Shown in pieces: positions 16,793-25,540 of a stretch of 64,000 bases of DNA (the stretch's first letter is position 1; the number at the start of each line of letters is the position of its first letter). The stretch spans positions 38,234 to 102,233 of the forward strand of contig JAJZPM010000005.1 of assembly GCA_021811105.1 (NCBI GenBank). The letters are read 5' to 3'. The stretch comes from Nitrospirota bacterium (lineage in GTDB: Bacteria; Nitrospirota; Thermodesulfovibrionia; Thermodesulfovibrionales; UBA6898). The notes under the pieces are model-generated. The model had not been told where the DNA came from, searched no databases, and was given only the letters and a program-made list of their open reading frames with translations. A program made the position numbers and the translations under genes.

Positions 16793-17713
16793 GTGCCGAT
16801 ACCCCAAAAGAAGTTTGAGAGGCCCTTTCGTTTTCTCGCATCGAAAGAGCTGACGGCAGTCCTTCTGGTGGCCCTCTGTGCGGTCCTGATACCCCGGACA
16901 TTGAAAGAGACAGAGGAGATTACCGTAGGCGTACTGCCCCGCATCCTCTTCGGATGTCTCGCGATCAACCTTGTCTTCTGCACCGTAAAGAGGATCAGGT
17001 CTCTTTCAAATGCGGTCCTCGTGGTTCATGCCGGGGTATTTGTGACCCTTATTGGAGCGGTGATCAGTTCATTCGGATATGTCGCGACCGCGAACATCTA
17101 TGAGGGGACCTCGGTAGACAGCGCCTACCGGTGGGACGTGAAAAAAGAGGTCCCCCTCGGGTTCGACCTCACGGTGAAGAAGATCCACCTGCAATATTAT
17201 CCTGTGCCTGTCAAGGTGGGCGTGCTCAGGGGCGGTGAAAAGCATGCGCTCTTTGTCCTGAAGACAGGGGAGAGCTTCAGTCTCGACGGGTATACTGTAA
17301 GGGCCGATGAGCTGGTCTTTCCTTCAGAGGACCTGAGGCTGAGCGTGTTTCTCCGGGGACGCCTGATAGGGGAATCGGATACCGAAGGCATGCGGGACCT
17401 TCCGCCCGATTTTCCTTATGACTTCAAACTTGTCGCCTTCAAGGACCCTGCGCTGAAAGGTGCCTGGGTGGACATGACGATCTCGAAAGGCCCGAGCATA
17501 TTCAAAGAGGGGACTTCGGGCGTCAACAGTCCGTTGACATGGGAAAAACTTAATTTTTATAATACGTCGTCGGACGCGGACCGTTTCGGTAATCGTTTCG
17601 CGGGAATTCAGATAACGTACGACCCCGGCAAGCCGCTTGTCTATCTGGGGTTTGCGGTTATAGGTCTCGGATCCGGAATGTATTTCGTAAGGAAGGTGTA
17701 TGGATATCGGTAA
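16793..17713 (+). CDS. Second ResB-like membrane protein with no CcsA partner
   Basis: GTG start. FRFLASKELTAVLLVALCAVLIPRTL...LAINLVFCTVKRI resembles the ResB N-terminus, and there is a C-terminal TM segment. Confidence 0.5.
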   Translation: MPIPQKKFERPFRFLASKELTAVLLVALCAVLIPRTLKETEEITVGVLPRILFGCLAINLVFCTVKRIRSLSNAVLVVHAGVFVTLIGAVISSFGYVATANIYEGTSVDSAYRWDVKKEVPLGFDLTVKKIHLQYYPVPVKVGVLRGGEKHALFVLKTGESFSLDGYTVRADELVFPSEDLRLSVFLRGRLIGESDTEGMRDLPPDFPYDFKLVAFKDPALKGAWVDMTISKGPSIFKEGTSGVNSPLTWEKLNFYNTSSDADRFGNRFAGIQITYDPGKPLVYLGFAVIGLGSGMYFVRKVYGYR

Positions 17714-18638
17714 TCCCGAAGCGGCTTATCGAGGGTGGTCTGTGACGCGGCGGCATCTTGTTGCGTTGCTTCTACTTTTTTCCCTTCTTTCCTGCAGCGC
17801 TCCTTCCGCGAAGCAGGAGAAAAAGACCTACCGTATCGGCTATATGATCTGCAACAGCGAGCAGGAGACGCTTCACCGGTTCAGGCCGCTCACCGCATAT
17901 CTGTCAAAGAAGCTCGGCGTAAAATTCGACATGGTCGCGATAGACACCGTGGACTTCGTAAAGCAGGTCGATACACTCGATTTCACCCACACCAACTCGC
18001 TGCTCTATATCATCATGAACAGAAACCACGGGGTAGACGTTCTTGCCGCGGAAAAGTCCGGGCCACTCGGCGCAAGGTCGCAGGGCGTCATCATTGCACT
18101 GAAGAAGAGCGGTCTGAAGAGTATCGGGGACCTGAAGGGAAAGACGATGCTTTTCGGTCCTTCTCTCGGCCCGACTGCGTATATGTCTCAGCTGGACCTG
18201 CTGATCAAGAGGGGAGTAAACCCCGAGAACGACCTTGCGTTTTATTCCATCCCCGCGGGTTCCTTCAAGCATGAGAAGGTCATCTACGGTGTCTTGTTCG
18301 GTAAATATGACGCCGGAGCCGTGCCCATGACCGACTTCGAGAGAATGGCGGAGGACGGCCGGATCGACCGTAACGACTTCACTGTGATCGCGGAAGGGCA
18401 GCCGATTCCCTATTGTACGTTCGGCGTGACGCAGAGGGTCGACGACGGGCTCGCGCAGAAGGTCAAAAAAGCGCTCCTGGACCTCAGGAAGGACGATACC
18501 GTCGAGGTCGACGGTCAGGGCGTGCGGGTGCTGGAACAGGCGAACGTGGACGGTTATGAAGATATCAAAGATCGCGATTACGACAGTGTGCGCGACATGG
18601 CGAAGAGAACGAACATGCCGCCCTATCAGAGGTATTGA
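17700..18638 (+). CDS. PhnD-like (phosphonate/phosphite-type) periplasmic substrate-binding protein
   Basis: YRIGYMICNSEQETLHRFRPLTAYLSKKLGV.F......D...FV......DF.H.N and GKYDAGAVP motifs. It overlaps the previous gene by 14 nt. Confidence 0.65.
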   Translation: MDIGNPEAAYRGWSVTRRHLVALLLLFSLLSCSAPSAKQEKKTYRIGYMICNSEQETLHRFRPLTAYLSKKLGVKFDMVAIDTVDFVKQVDTLDFTHTNSLLYIIMNRNHGVDVLAAEKSGPLGARSQGVIIALKKSGLKSIGDLKGKTMLFGPSLGPTAYMSQLDLLIKRGVNPENDLAFYSIPAGSFKHEKVIYGVLFGKYDAGAVPMTDFERMAEDGRIDRNDFTVIAEGQPIPYCTFGVTQRVDDGLAQKVKKALLDLRKDDTVEVDGQGVRVLEQANVDGYEDIKDRDYDSVRDMAKRTNMPPYQRY

Positions 18639-19165
18639 TGGACCGGCTTGACAGGATCTCTATATGGGCGATCGTGATTCTCATCATCAGCTCTTTTGCG
18701 CTGATAAGCGGACACACGGGGGAAGCGAGGCCGGATCGGGGTCCGCAGCAGAGGGCCGCGGTTTCGAATGCCGCCGCGAGCAGCGGCGGGATAGCGGGGA
18801 GAATGAAGCTGGCGAGAAATCTTATGGAAGCGGGGAATCTGGTCAAGGCCGAAGTTCTTGTCCGCGACCTGATACAGAACTACCCGTACGAGGGTGAACC
18901 GCGTATGGTCATGGGTGATATCTGCATGAGGAGACAGGACCCGGTCAGGGGCATGCTCGAATATAAGGAAGCGATCGACCTGAATCCTGATTATCTCGAC
19001 AAGAAGACCCCTCTTTTTCAGGGGAAGAAGCTGAAGGTTGCGGTGAGGGAGGCGCTGGCGGAGATCGACGAGGGCCTCCGGCAAAACCCCGCGGATGAAT
19101 CGCTGAAGAAGGACAGAAAGACACTCTACTACCTGCAGAGGAGGATTGCGGGAAGCTGCTCCTGA
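18638..19165 (+). CDS. TPR-repeat protein with an N-terminal membrane anchor
   Basis: ARNLMEAGNLVKAEVLVRDLIQNYPYEGEPRMVMGDICMRRQDPVRGMLEYKEAIDLNPDY. The ATG overlaps the previous stop (TGATG). Confidence 0.6.
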   Translation: MDRLDRISIWAIVILIISSFALISGHTGEARPDRGPQQRAAVSNAAASSGGIAGRMKLARNLMEAGNLVKAEVLVRDLIQNYPYEGEPRMVMGDICMRRQDPVRGMLEYKEAIDLNPDYLDKKTPLFQGKKLKVAVREALAEIDEGLRQNPADESLKKDRKTLYYLQRRIAGSCS

Positions 19166-19194
19166 GGGAGCGGTAATTATCCCTCCGTAAATAT

Positions 19195-20367
19195 ATGAAA
19201 GCGCCGAAAGAGATACAGAATGGACCGGCGGGTCCGGCTTCGATGGCCGGGCAGCCCTGTTATCCTAAGTACCTCTTTCTCCTCGCAGGGGCTGTAATCG
19301 GCCTCGGCGGGGTCATGCTCAGTTATTACGGGAATCCGGCCAATACGGGCTTTTGCGTATCGTGCTTTATGGAGAATATCGCCGGGGCGATCGGCCTTCA
19401 CGGAAATATCCGGATGCAATACCTGAGGCCGGAGATCATCGGGTTTGTGATCGGTTCTTTCTTAATGTCGGTCTCCAGGAGGGAATTTGCCGCCACGGGA
19501 GGAAGCTCCCCCCTGCTTCGGTATCTTGTGGGTATCCTCCTGATTATCGGCTGCGCAGTGTTTATGGGATGTCCTATCAAGATGGTATTGAGGATCGCGG
19601 CCGGGGACCTCACAGCATGGATCGGGGTCGCAGGGCTTGCCGCAGGGGTCTATATCGGTCTGAAATTTCTCGAAAACGGCTTCAGCCTTGGAAAGGCGGG
19701 CCGGGTGCCGCAGGCAAACGGTCTTCTGATACCGGTTTTCATGGCGCTTCTCCTCGCTGCTCTCCTTTGGAAACCGGCGTTTATCTCGATAAGCACGAAA
19801 GGCGCGGGCGCTCAGTATGCGCCTCTCGCCCTCTCCCTCCTGGCAGGACTCGCGGTCGGCGCGCTTGGGCAGAGGACCGGCTTCTGCATAACCGGAGGGT
19901 TGTCGAGAATCTTCCTCTGGGGGCCGCGCGAATTTACCTCCTGTCCGAAAACGACCGGTCTGGCGGTCGGCATCGCCTCGTTCTTCGGGTTTGCACTGGT
20001 TGCGAGCCTTCTGACCGGTCAATTTTCGCTTGGCTGGCATGGTCAGCCGAGTTCGAATGATAGCCATGTCTGGAATTTTCTCGGGATGCTCGTCGTCGGT
20101 TTCGGTTCCGTGCTGATCAAGGGCTGCCCCTTCAGACAGCTGGTTTCCGCAGGTCAGGGAGACACCGATGCCGGGGCCGCGGTGCTCGGGATGCTGACCG
20201 GCGCCGCGCTTGTACAGGACTGGGGGCTTGGAGGCACCGCAGCCGGAACTCCGTACGAAGGTCAGGTTGCCGTGCTCGTCGGTTTCTGCGCCCTGCTGAT
20301 AATCGGGCTCCTGTACCGGAAACGGGGCGAAACATTTGCCCCTGAATTTCAGGCGGGTCTCGATTAA
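19195..20367 (+). CDS. YedE/FdhT-family (selenium/sulfur-compound transporter-like) membrane protein
   Basis: About 10 TM helices. NTGFCVSCFMENIAGAIGLHG and RTGFCITGGLSRI are the paired conserved Cys motifs I associate with the YedE family. Assignment is from memory. Confidence 0.65.
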   Translation: MKAPKEIQNGPAGPASMAGQPCYPKYLFLLAGAVIGLGGVMLSYYGNPANTGFCVSCFMENIAGAIGLHGNIRMQYLRPEIIGFVIGSFLMSVSRREFAATGGSSPLLRYLVGILLIIGCAVFMGCPIKMVLRIAAGDLTAWIGVAGLAAGVYIGLKFLENGFSLGKAGRVPQANGLLIPVFMALLLAALLWKPAFISISTKGAGAQYAPLALSLLAGLAVGALGQRTGFCITGGLSRIFLWGPREFTSCPKTTGLAVGIASFFGFALVASLLTGQFSLGWHGQPSSNDSHVWNFLGMLVVGFGSVLIKGCPFRQLVSAGQGDTDAGAAVLGMLTGAALVQDWGLGGTAAGTPYEGQVAVLVGFCALLIIGLLYRKRGETFAPEFQAGLD

Positions 20368-20382
20368 CGTGAGACGGATGAG

Positions 20383-22299
20383 ATGCAGCTGAAAATAGCC
20401 GGTATGAAGAGGACCGAAGAGTGCCAGGTTCACGGGGCCCCTTCCAGGGCCGCCAATAAGACGCTTTTTTTCATGGTACTCGCCTCCCTTTCGCTGATAA
20501 TCTGGCATGTCTGGAGCTATGGACCGACCGGACAGACGGCGAACCCAGCATTGCCCGGAAGGCCGTTCCCCGTCTTGCTGGGAAGCGAGATATGGGACTT
20601 GCTGTTCAATCGTCACGGTATCCTTGCGGAACTGTGGGATGTGTTTCCGTACTTCATCGTCGGTATACTCCTGGCCGGATATTTACGCACCTACAAGATC
20701 GCGATGAAGCTCCAGGCAAGCCTCAGGAGGTACGGCGTCCTGAGCGTCTTCCTGGCATCTTTCGTCGGCATTCTGACACCGCTCTGTGCGTGCGGCACCC
20801 TGACTACCGCGGTAAGCCTCTTGTTTGCCGGCCTGCCGCTTGCGCCGGTGATGTCCCTGTTGGTGACTTCACCACTTCTGAGTCCCTCGGCCTATCTGCT
20901 CACCCTCAACGACCTCGGACCTGAATGGACGGTGATCAGGACTATCGCGGCGTTATCAATGGGCATTTTCGCCGGCCTGATCACCCATTTTCTCAGGGAC
21001 AGGGGGTTTCAGACAAATACTATATTTATTGAAGGCGCGGTTCCAAGGGGTGACTTCCACGATGAGGCATATCCCGATGCACGGCTGAAATGCAACTGCA
21101 AGGAGAAGTTCGGCCACAGGGTGGCGGCAAGGACGGACAACATGTTCGTCATCTTCCTTGCAAAGTCGTCCGAGATGCTCTGGCTGGTGGGGAAGTACGT
21201 CCTTGTCGGGGTTGCGATAGGGAGCATAGTCGAACGGTACATGCCCTATGAATGGATATACAGGCTGTTCGGACAAAAGGACGCGCTTAACATCGTATGG
21301 GTTACCCTGGGTTCGGTCCCAATTTTTCTTCATCAGATCAGCGCCTCGAGCATCCTCTATCATATAAAGAGCTCCCTGCACGGTACGCTCGACGGAGGGG
21401 CGGCGCTCGCTTTCATGATAGGCGGCCCGGTTACCGCGGTCCCGACCATGGTGATGTTCTGGACGATATTCAAAAAAAGGGTCTTTTTTCTCTATCTGTT
21501 CGTCTGTCTCGCGGGAACGATTCTCATCTCCTATGCGTTTCAGTTCTTTGTGTTCGTTCCGTATGCGGACATGGGCAATCCTCTTCTGAAAAACGTAGCT
21601 GCGATATCCGGAGGGAGTTCGGCCGCTATTACCAAACGGGACGAGCATGTGCGGATCGTAATGGACCCGGGCGGCAAAAGCATCATCGCGACCTGTACAA
21701 ACGACGTTGATGGACAGGGAGGCATTGTCTTTGACGGTGGCTTTCCCCGTTTTCTAAACGGTTCGGCCGACAAGTACGACAACCTGAGATATATCGGGAA
21801 CGTCGCTCAATGGCTGGAACAAAGCAATACTTCGCCGGCAAAGAAGAGTATCCTCATCTACGATACGTTGCATGCCTCGGGACCGGCAAAAGAAGCATTC
21901 AGCAGGAGCGCCGTTACGCTCCTCGAGAAAAAGGGTTTTACGGTAAGGATCACGGACAGGAAGGAGACCCCTGAGATCTCTGAAGGGTTGCTTGGTGGAT
22001 ACGGACAGCTCTGGATGATCTTTGGAGAGTCTGCTCCCGGAAAGTATCTTTCCGATGCCGAACTGGAGACGATTTCGCAGTTTTCCGGCGACGGGAAGGG
22101 CATGCTGATCGTGGCAGGGAAGCGCGGGTCGGACCCGTATGACCTTTCCGCGGCAAATCAGCTGTCTTCCCGTTACGGCGTGCTTTTCTCCGGCTCTGTT
22201 GAAAATGGAGAGGAAATTCCCACTGCCGCGGCGTCCTATTTCTTCAACAGGGCGTCGGTGATTCTCGGGAAGGTCTTGAAACTTGTGCATAAAGCGTGA
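20383..22299 (+). CDS. COG0701/ArsP-type permease (CxC motif) fused to a ~230-aa soluble C-terminal domain of unknown function
   Basis: FIVGILLAGYLRTY...LTPLCACGTLTTAV is typical of the 'predicted permease' family. Residues from about 400 to 638 are hydrophilic (GNVAQWLEQS...ILIYDTLHASG...LWMIFGES...GKGMLIVAG). Confidence 0.65.
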   Translation: MQLKIAGMKRTEECQVHGAPSRAANKTLFFMVLASLSLIIWHVWSYGPTGQTANPALPGRPFPVLLGSEIWDLLFNRHGILAELWDVFPYFIVGILLAGYLRTYKIAMKLQASLRRYGVLSVFLASFVGILTPLCACGTLTTAVSLLFAGLPLAPVMSLLVTSPLLSPSAYLLTLNDLGPEWTVIRTIAALSMGIFAGLITHFLRDRGFQTNTIFIEGAVPRGDFHDEAYPDARLKCNCKEKFGHRVAARTDNMFVIFLAKSSEMLWLVGKYVLVGVAIGSIVERYMPYEWIYRLFGQKDALNIVWVTLGSVPIFLHQISASSILYHIKSSLHGTLDGGAALAFMIGGPVTAVPTMVMFWTIFKKRVFFLYLFVCLAGTILISYAFQFFVFVPYADMGNPLLKNVAAISGGSSAAITKRDEHVRIVMDPGGKSIIATCTNDVDGQGGIVFDGGFPRFLNGSADKYDNLRYIGNVAQWLEQSNTSPAKKSILIYDTLHASGPAKEAFSRSAVTLLEKKGFTVRITDRKETPEISEGLLGGYGQLWMIFGESAPGKYLSDAELETISQFSGDGKGMLIVAGKRGSDPYDLSAANQLSSRYGVLFSGSVENGEEIPTAAASYFFNRASVILGKVLKLVHKA

Positions 22300-22342
22300 A
22301 AAGGTTCGCGCAGGAAATAACTATCAAGAATCGAGGGGGACT

Positions 22343-22663
22343 ATGAAAACAACGATCCTGGATATTCAGAGGCTCAAGAAGTTCAGCGATGAAAAGCGCC
22401 ACCAGGAGACGATATGGACGGACGAACATTCGAAGATAAACCTGCTCTGCATGAAGCCGGGACAGGAGATTGTTACCCACACCCACCACGGAAACCATAT
22501 GTGGGTAGTCATCGAGGGCAAGGGAGAATTCCGCTCAGGCAAGGAGACGCAGGTCATCGAGAGCGGAAAGATCGTGATTGTCCCCCCTCTCGTGGACCAC
22601 GGGATACGGAATGCGTCGAACGAAAATCTTGTAATTGCGTCTATCACGGCGCACGGCGACTGA
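22343..22663 (+). CDS. Cupin-domain protein
   Basis: MKPGQEIVTHTHHGNHMWVVIEGKGEF...VIVPPLVDHGIRN matches cupin motifs 1 and 2. The start is taken at MKTTIL. Confidence 0.8.
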   Translation: MKTTILDIQRLKKFSDEKRHQETIWTDEHSKINLLCMKPGQEIVTHTHHGNHMWVVIEGKGEFRSGKETQVIESGKIVIVPPLVDHGIRNASNENLVIASITAHGD

Positions 22664-22692
22664 CAAGTAATACCTAAAAGGGCGTGAGTGGA

Positions 22693-23001
22693 ATGAAGAT
22701 ATTCAGAAATCCTGATGCGAAGTGGCGGGAAGAGGACAAGTTCAGGGAAAAGGCATACGAAGGACTCGGCAAGGGACAGGACGTCTCCGGTATCGGGACC
22801 TCGATAATCCTTCATTCCGGCAAGATGCATTCTTTCAATCTTCTCGGCACCGAGATATGGAAATTGTGTGACGGCAGGACCGTGGAAGAAATCGTCTCGG
22901 AGTTGAAAGAAAAATTCGAGGTGGACGAAGAGACCTTGCGGAGCGATGTCGACGCTTTTTTGGAGCATCTGAAGGAGGAAGGACTTGTCCATGAAAAATA
23001 G
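22693..23001 (+). CDS. PqqD-like (RRE-type) peptide-chaperone family protein
   Basis: SFNLLGTEIWKLCDGRTVEEIVSELKEKFEVDEETLRSDVDAFLEHLKEEGLV is the classical PqqD pattern. Confidence 0.75.
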   Translation: MKIFRNPDAKWREEDKFREKAYEGLGKGQDVSGIGTSIILHSGKMHSFNLLGTEIWKLCDGRTVEEIVSELKEKFEVDEETLRSDVDAFLEHLKEEGLVHEK

Positions 23002-23998
23002 TTTGATTCCCGCCGCGCCACTTACCGTAAACTGGGCGGTCACGAACCGGTGTAATTTCAAGTGCGGTCACTGTTACAGCAGGGCCGATGTGAGCGAAGA
23101 ACTCGGCTTCGATATGGTCAGCGCAATAGTCGAAAAATTGGCCGCCGCGAAGGTCTTCTCGGTGAACTTCGGGGGGGGAGAGCCCCTTTTGAGAAGAGAC
23201 CTGACAGATATCGCGCGGTTCGCGGCGGACCGCGGCCTTGCGGTCTCGATGAACAGCAACGGGTTTCTGATCGACCGGGACATGGCCCGGCGACTCAAGG
23301 AGGCCGGGTTCGGCAAGGTGGGTATCAGCATCGACAGCCCTAAACCCGAAGTCCACGACCGGTTCAGGGGCATTCAGGGGAGCCATGGAAGGGCGCGGGC
23401 AGCCCTGGGTCACCTGAAAGACGCAGGTATCGAGACCTCGATTTCATCGGTGATCTGCAAGATCAATATCGACGATATCGAAGGGCTTGTCGGCATGGCG
23501 CGCGCGACGGGTGTGTCCAATATCAATTTTCATAATTTCAAGTGCTCGGGCCTTGGTTTTACCAACAAGGACGTTCTTGATCTCAGCCCTGAAGAGTGGA
23601 GGGACTTTTATATCAAGGCGATCGCGCTGAAGGACACGGTAAAGGGACTAAGCATATCCCTCGAAGACCCGATCATCGCCCTGCTCGGCCATAAGAGCAG
23701 CGACTCGCTCGTGAAGGGGAGCGTCTGCGGAAAACTCTCCCTGAATATAAAATCGAACGGGGATATCACGCCGTGCGGCTTTATTCCTATCGTGGTCGGC
23801 AACATCTGCAGAGACGATCTGATCGAGGTTTGGGACAACTCACCGGTCCTCGGCATGATGCGGAACAAGGTGCCGAAGGGGAAATGCCTGAGCTGCAAGA
23901 GCCATTCCGAATGTCTCGGTGGCTGTACCGCCAGGACCCTTGCCCTCACCGGCGACATGAACAACCCCGATCCCCATTGCTGGAGAAATGAATCTTAG
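22991..23998 (+). CDS. Radical SAM/SPASM-domain protein
   Basis: NWAVTNRCNFKCGHCY (CxxxCxxC). SPASM pattern CGKLSLNIKSNGDITPCG...GKCLSCKSHSECLGGCTARTL. It overlaps the PqqD-like gene. Confidence 0.85.
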   Translation: MKNSLIPAAPLTVNWAVTNRCNFKCGHCYSRADVSEELGFDMVSAIVEKLAAAKVFSVNFGGGEPLLRRDLTDIARFAADRGLAVSMNSNGFLIDRDMARRLKEAGFGKVGISIDSPKPEVHDRFRGIQGSHGRARAALGHLKDAGIETSISSVICKINIDDIEGLVGMARATGVSNINFHNFKCSGLGFTNKDVLDLSPEEWRDFYIKAIALKDTVKGLSISLEDPIIALLGHKSSDSLVKGSVCGKLSLNIKSNGDITPCGFIPIVVGNICRDDLIEVWDNSPVLGMMRNKVPKGKCLSCKSHSECLGGCTARTLALTGDMNNPDPHCWRNES

Positions 23999-24890
23999 AG
24001 AATTACCCTCGCCTCTCAGGATATACTGGGACCTGCCGGAGGCCACGCCTGACCCGGCCCTTTGCCGGAGGGTCTGCGAAGAGATCATCGCGACAAAGAT
24101 GTTGTTCCTCAGCCTGCGTGATTCCGGTTCCCCGGTGGGCTGTTCCTGCCGGGAGATCCTCTACGCACTGAATGGGGGCAGTATCGGCATATCGCTGACG
24201 GTCCCGGGGGCTGTGGCGACCCCTTCTTTTCTTGGCGGACTGTCGGGTTCTGCTGTGGCGACCCTGCTTATCGATACCTCTTCATTGAGTGAGGTTCGCT
24301 CTTTTTTTGAAAAGTGGGGACCTTACGGGCAGGGGGGACTGACGCCAGGCGTCTCGTTCGCCAACAGCAGGCAGAATTACCGGGAGATTCCCGGAGTGGT
24401 TTCCTTCTGCCTGCAGCAGGGAATTCATGATCTCGTCTTCCCCATCCAGAGACTTGGGACGGAGGGGGCCGCGTACCTGGAGCATGAGAGGGGAGATGAA
24501 CTTGCTGTGAAATTGCGGGCAATGGATTATCGTTCGTTGCGGATTACGATACATGATCCTTTCTTATGGCAGATATTTTATCCTGAAGCCGATTATCACG
24601 AAGGGGGATGCCAGGCGGCCAACAGCATGCTTTACCTTTCCCCGGATTACAAGGTCTATCCCTGTCCCGCAATGCCCCTGGAACTCGGCGACCTGCGTGA
24701 AACGACGCTCGGGGAGATAATCAATTCCGGGAAGAAACAAGCGCTGCGACGGTCCCTCCTGGTTCCGCCGGTTGAATGCGCTCTCTGCCCGCAGGCGGAC
24801 AAATGCCTGGGGGGGTGCAGGGGGAGGGCGCTTGCGTCAGCCGGCTCTTTGGACCGGCGCGATCCTGCGTGCGGGTGTATTTTATCGTGA
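23988..24890 (+). CDS. SPASM-domain paralogue lacking the radical SAM CxxxCxxC motif (pseudo-rSAM)
   Basis: The N-terminus PLRIYWDLPEATPDPALCRRVCEEI stands where CxxxCxxC is expected. The C-terminal GGCQAANSMLYLSPDYKVYPCP...ECALCPQADKCLGGCRGRALA is an intact SPASM pattern. It overlaps the previous gene by 11 nt. Confidence 0.7.
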   Translation: MNLRELPSPLRIYWDLPEATPDPALCRRVCEEIIATKMLFLSLRDSGSPVGCSCREILYALNGGSIGISLTVPGAVATPSFLGGLSGSAVATLLIDTSSLSEVRSFFEKWGPYGQGGLTPGVSFANSRQNYREIPGVVSFCLQQGIHDLVFPIQRLGTEGAAYLEHERGDELAVKLRAMDYRSLRITIHDPFLWQIFYPEADYHEGGCQAANSMLYLSPDYKVYPCPAMPLELGDLRETTLGEIINSGKKQALRRSLLVPPVECALCPQADKCLGGCRGRALASAGSLDRRDPACGCILS

Positions 24891-25057
24891 CGCCCGGCGC
24901 ATGCCAGGGCCTGCGGTACGGTTTCTGCATCGGTTGATGACCTTCCGGTAACCTTTAGGAGATGCTTTTTACTGTTCATTTGCCTGTGCAGAACCGTTCC
25001 TTACCCCACCCTGAAGGGTTACAGATTTTTTAAAACCCGCTGTGGTAAAATGCTTAT

Positions 25058-25486
25058 GTGGTAGAAGAAATCGGCGTCGTCAAGAGCGTGCAGGGGATGT
25101 CCGCCATGGTCCAGATCCCCAAAAAGAGCGCCTGCGAAGGGTGCACGATGGGCATCTGCAAGCCCGAAGAGCAGGGCATGGAGATCGAGGCTTTCAACGA
25201 GGTCGGCGCGAAGGTCGGCCAGAAGGTCAGGGTGGCCATCAAGTCATACGCCTATATGAAGGGCACTATGGTGGTCTACGGGTTGCCCGCGATCATGCTT
25301 GTGGCAGGCGCCGTATTCGGCAAGGAAGTCATGAGCAGGGTATTCCCTGGGAGCGACCCTGATATCCTCTCCGCCATTTTCGGGTTCGCTGCGTTTATCC
25401 TTTCCTTTGTCATCGTAAAGTTCTGGTCCGGCCGGGCGAGTCGGAAGACCGAGTCCAGACCCGTAATCGAAGAGATACTGAATTAA
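25058..25486 (+). CDS. RseC/MucC-family (SoxR-reducing-system) membrane protein
   Basis: GVVKSVQGMSAMVQIPKKSACEGCTMG.C followed by two TM helices. GTG start. Confidence 0.7.
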   Translation: MVEEIGVVKSVQGMSAMVQIPKKSACEGCTMGICKPEEQGMEIEAFNEVGAKVGQKVRVAIKSYAYMKGTMVVYGLPAIMLVAGAVFGKEVMSRVFPGSDPDILSAIFGFAAFILSFVIVKFWSGRASRKTESRPVIEEILN

Positions 25487-25540
25487 CACGGGCTGTTCGT
25501 CGAACGGTCCCGAAGGAATTTTTTGATATAGGGGGACTTC

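Noticed and set aside
24962-25033. 23-codon ORF (MLFTVHLPVQNRSLPHPEGLQIF) after the pseudo-rSAM gene, considered as the missing precursor peptide.
   Set aside because: Its AGGAG abuts the ATG with no spacer. It has no Cys or other typical core features, and I cannot assess conservation. It is kept only as a note inside the finding at 22343-24890.
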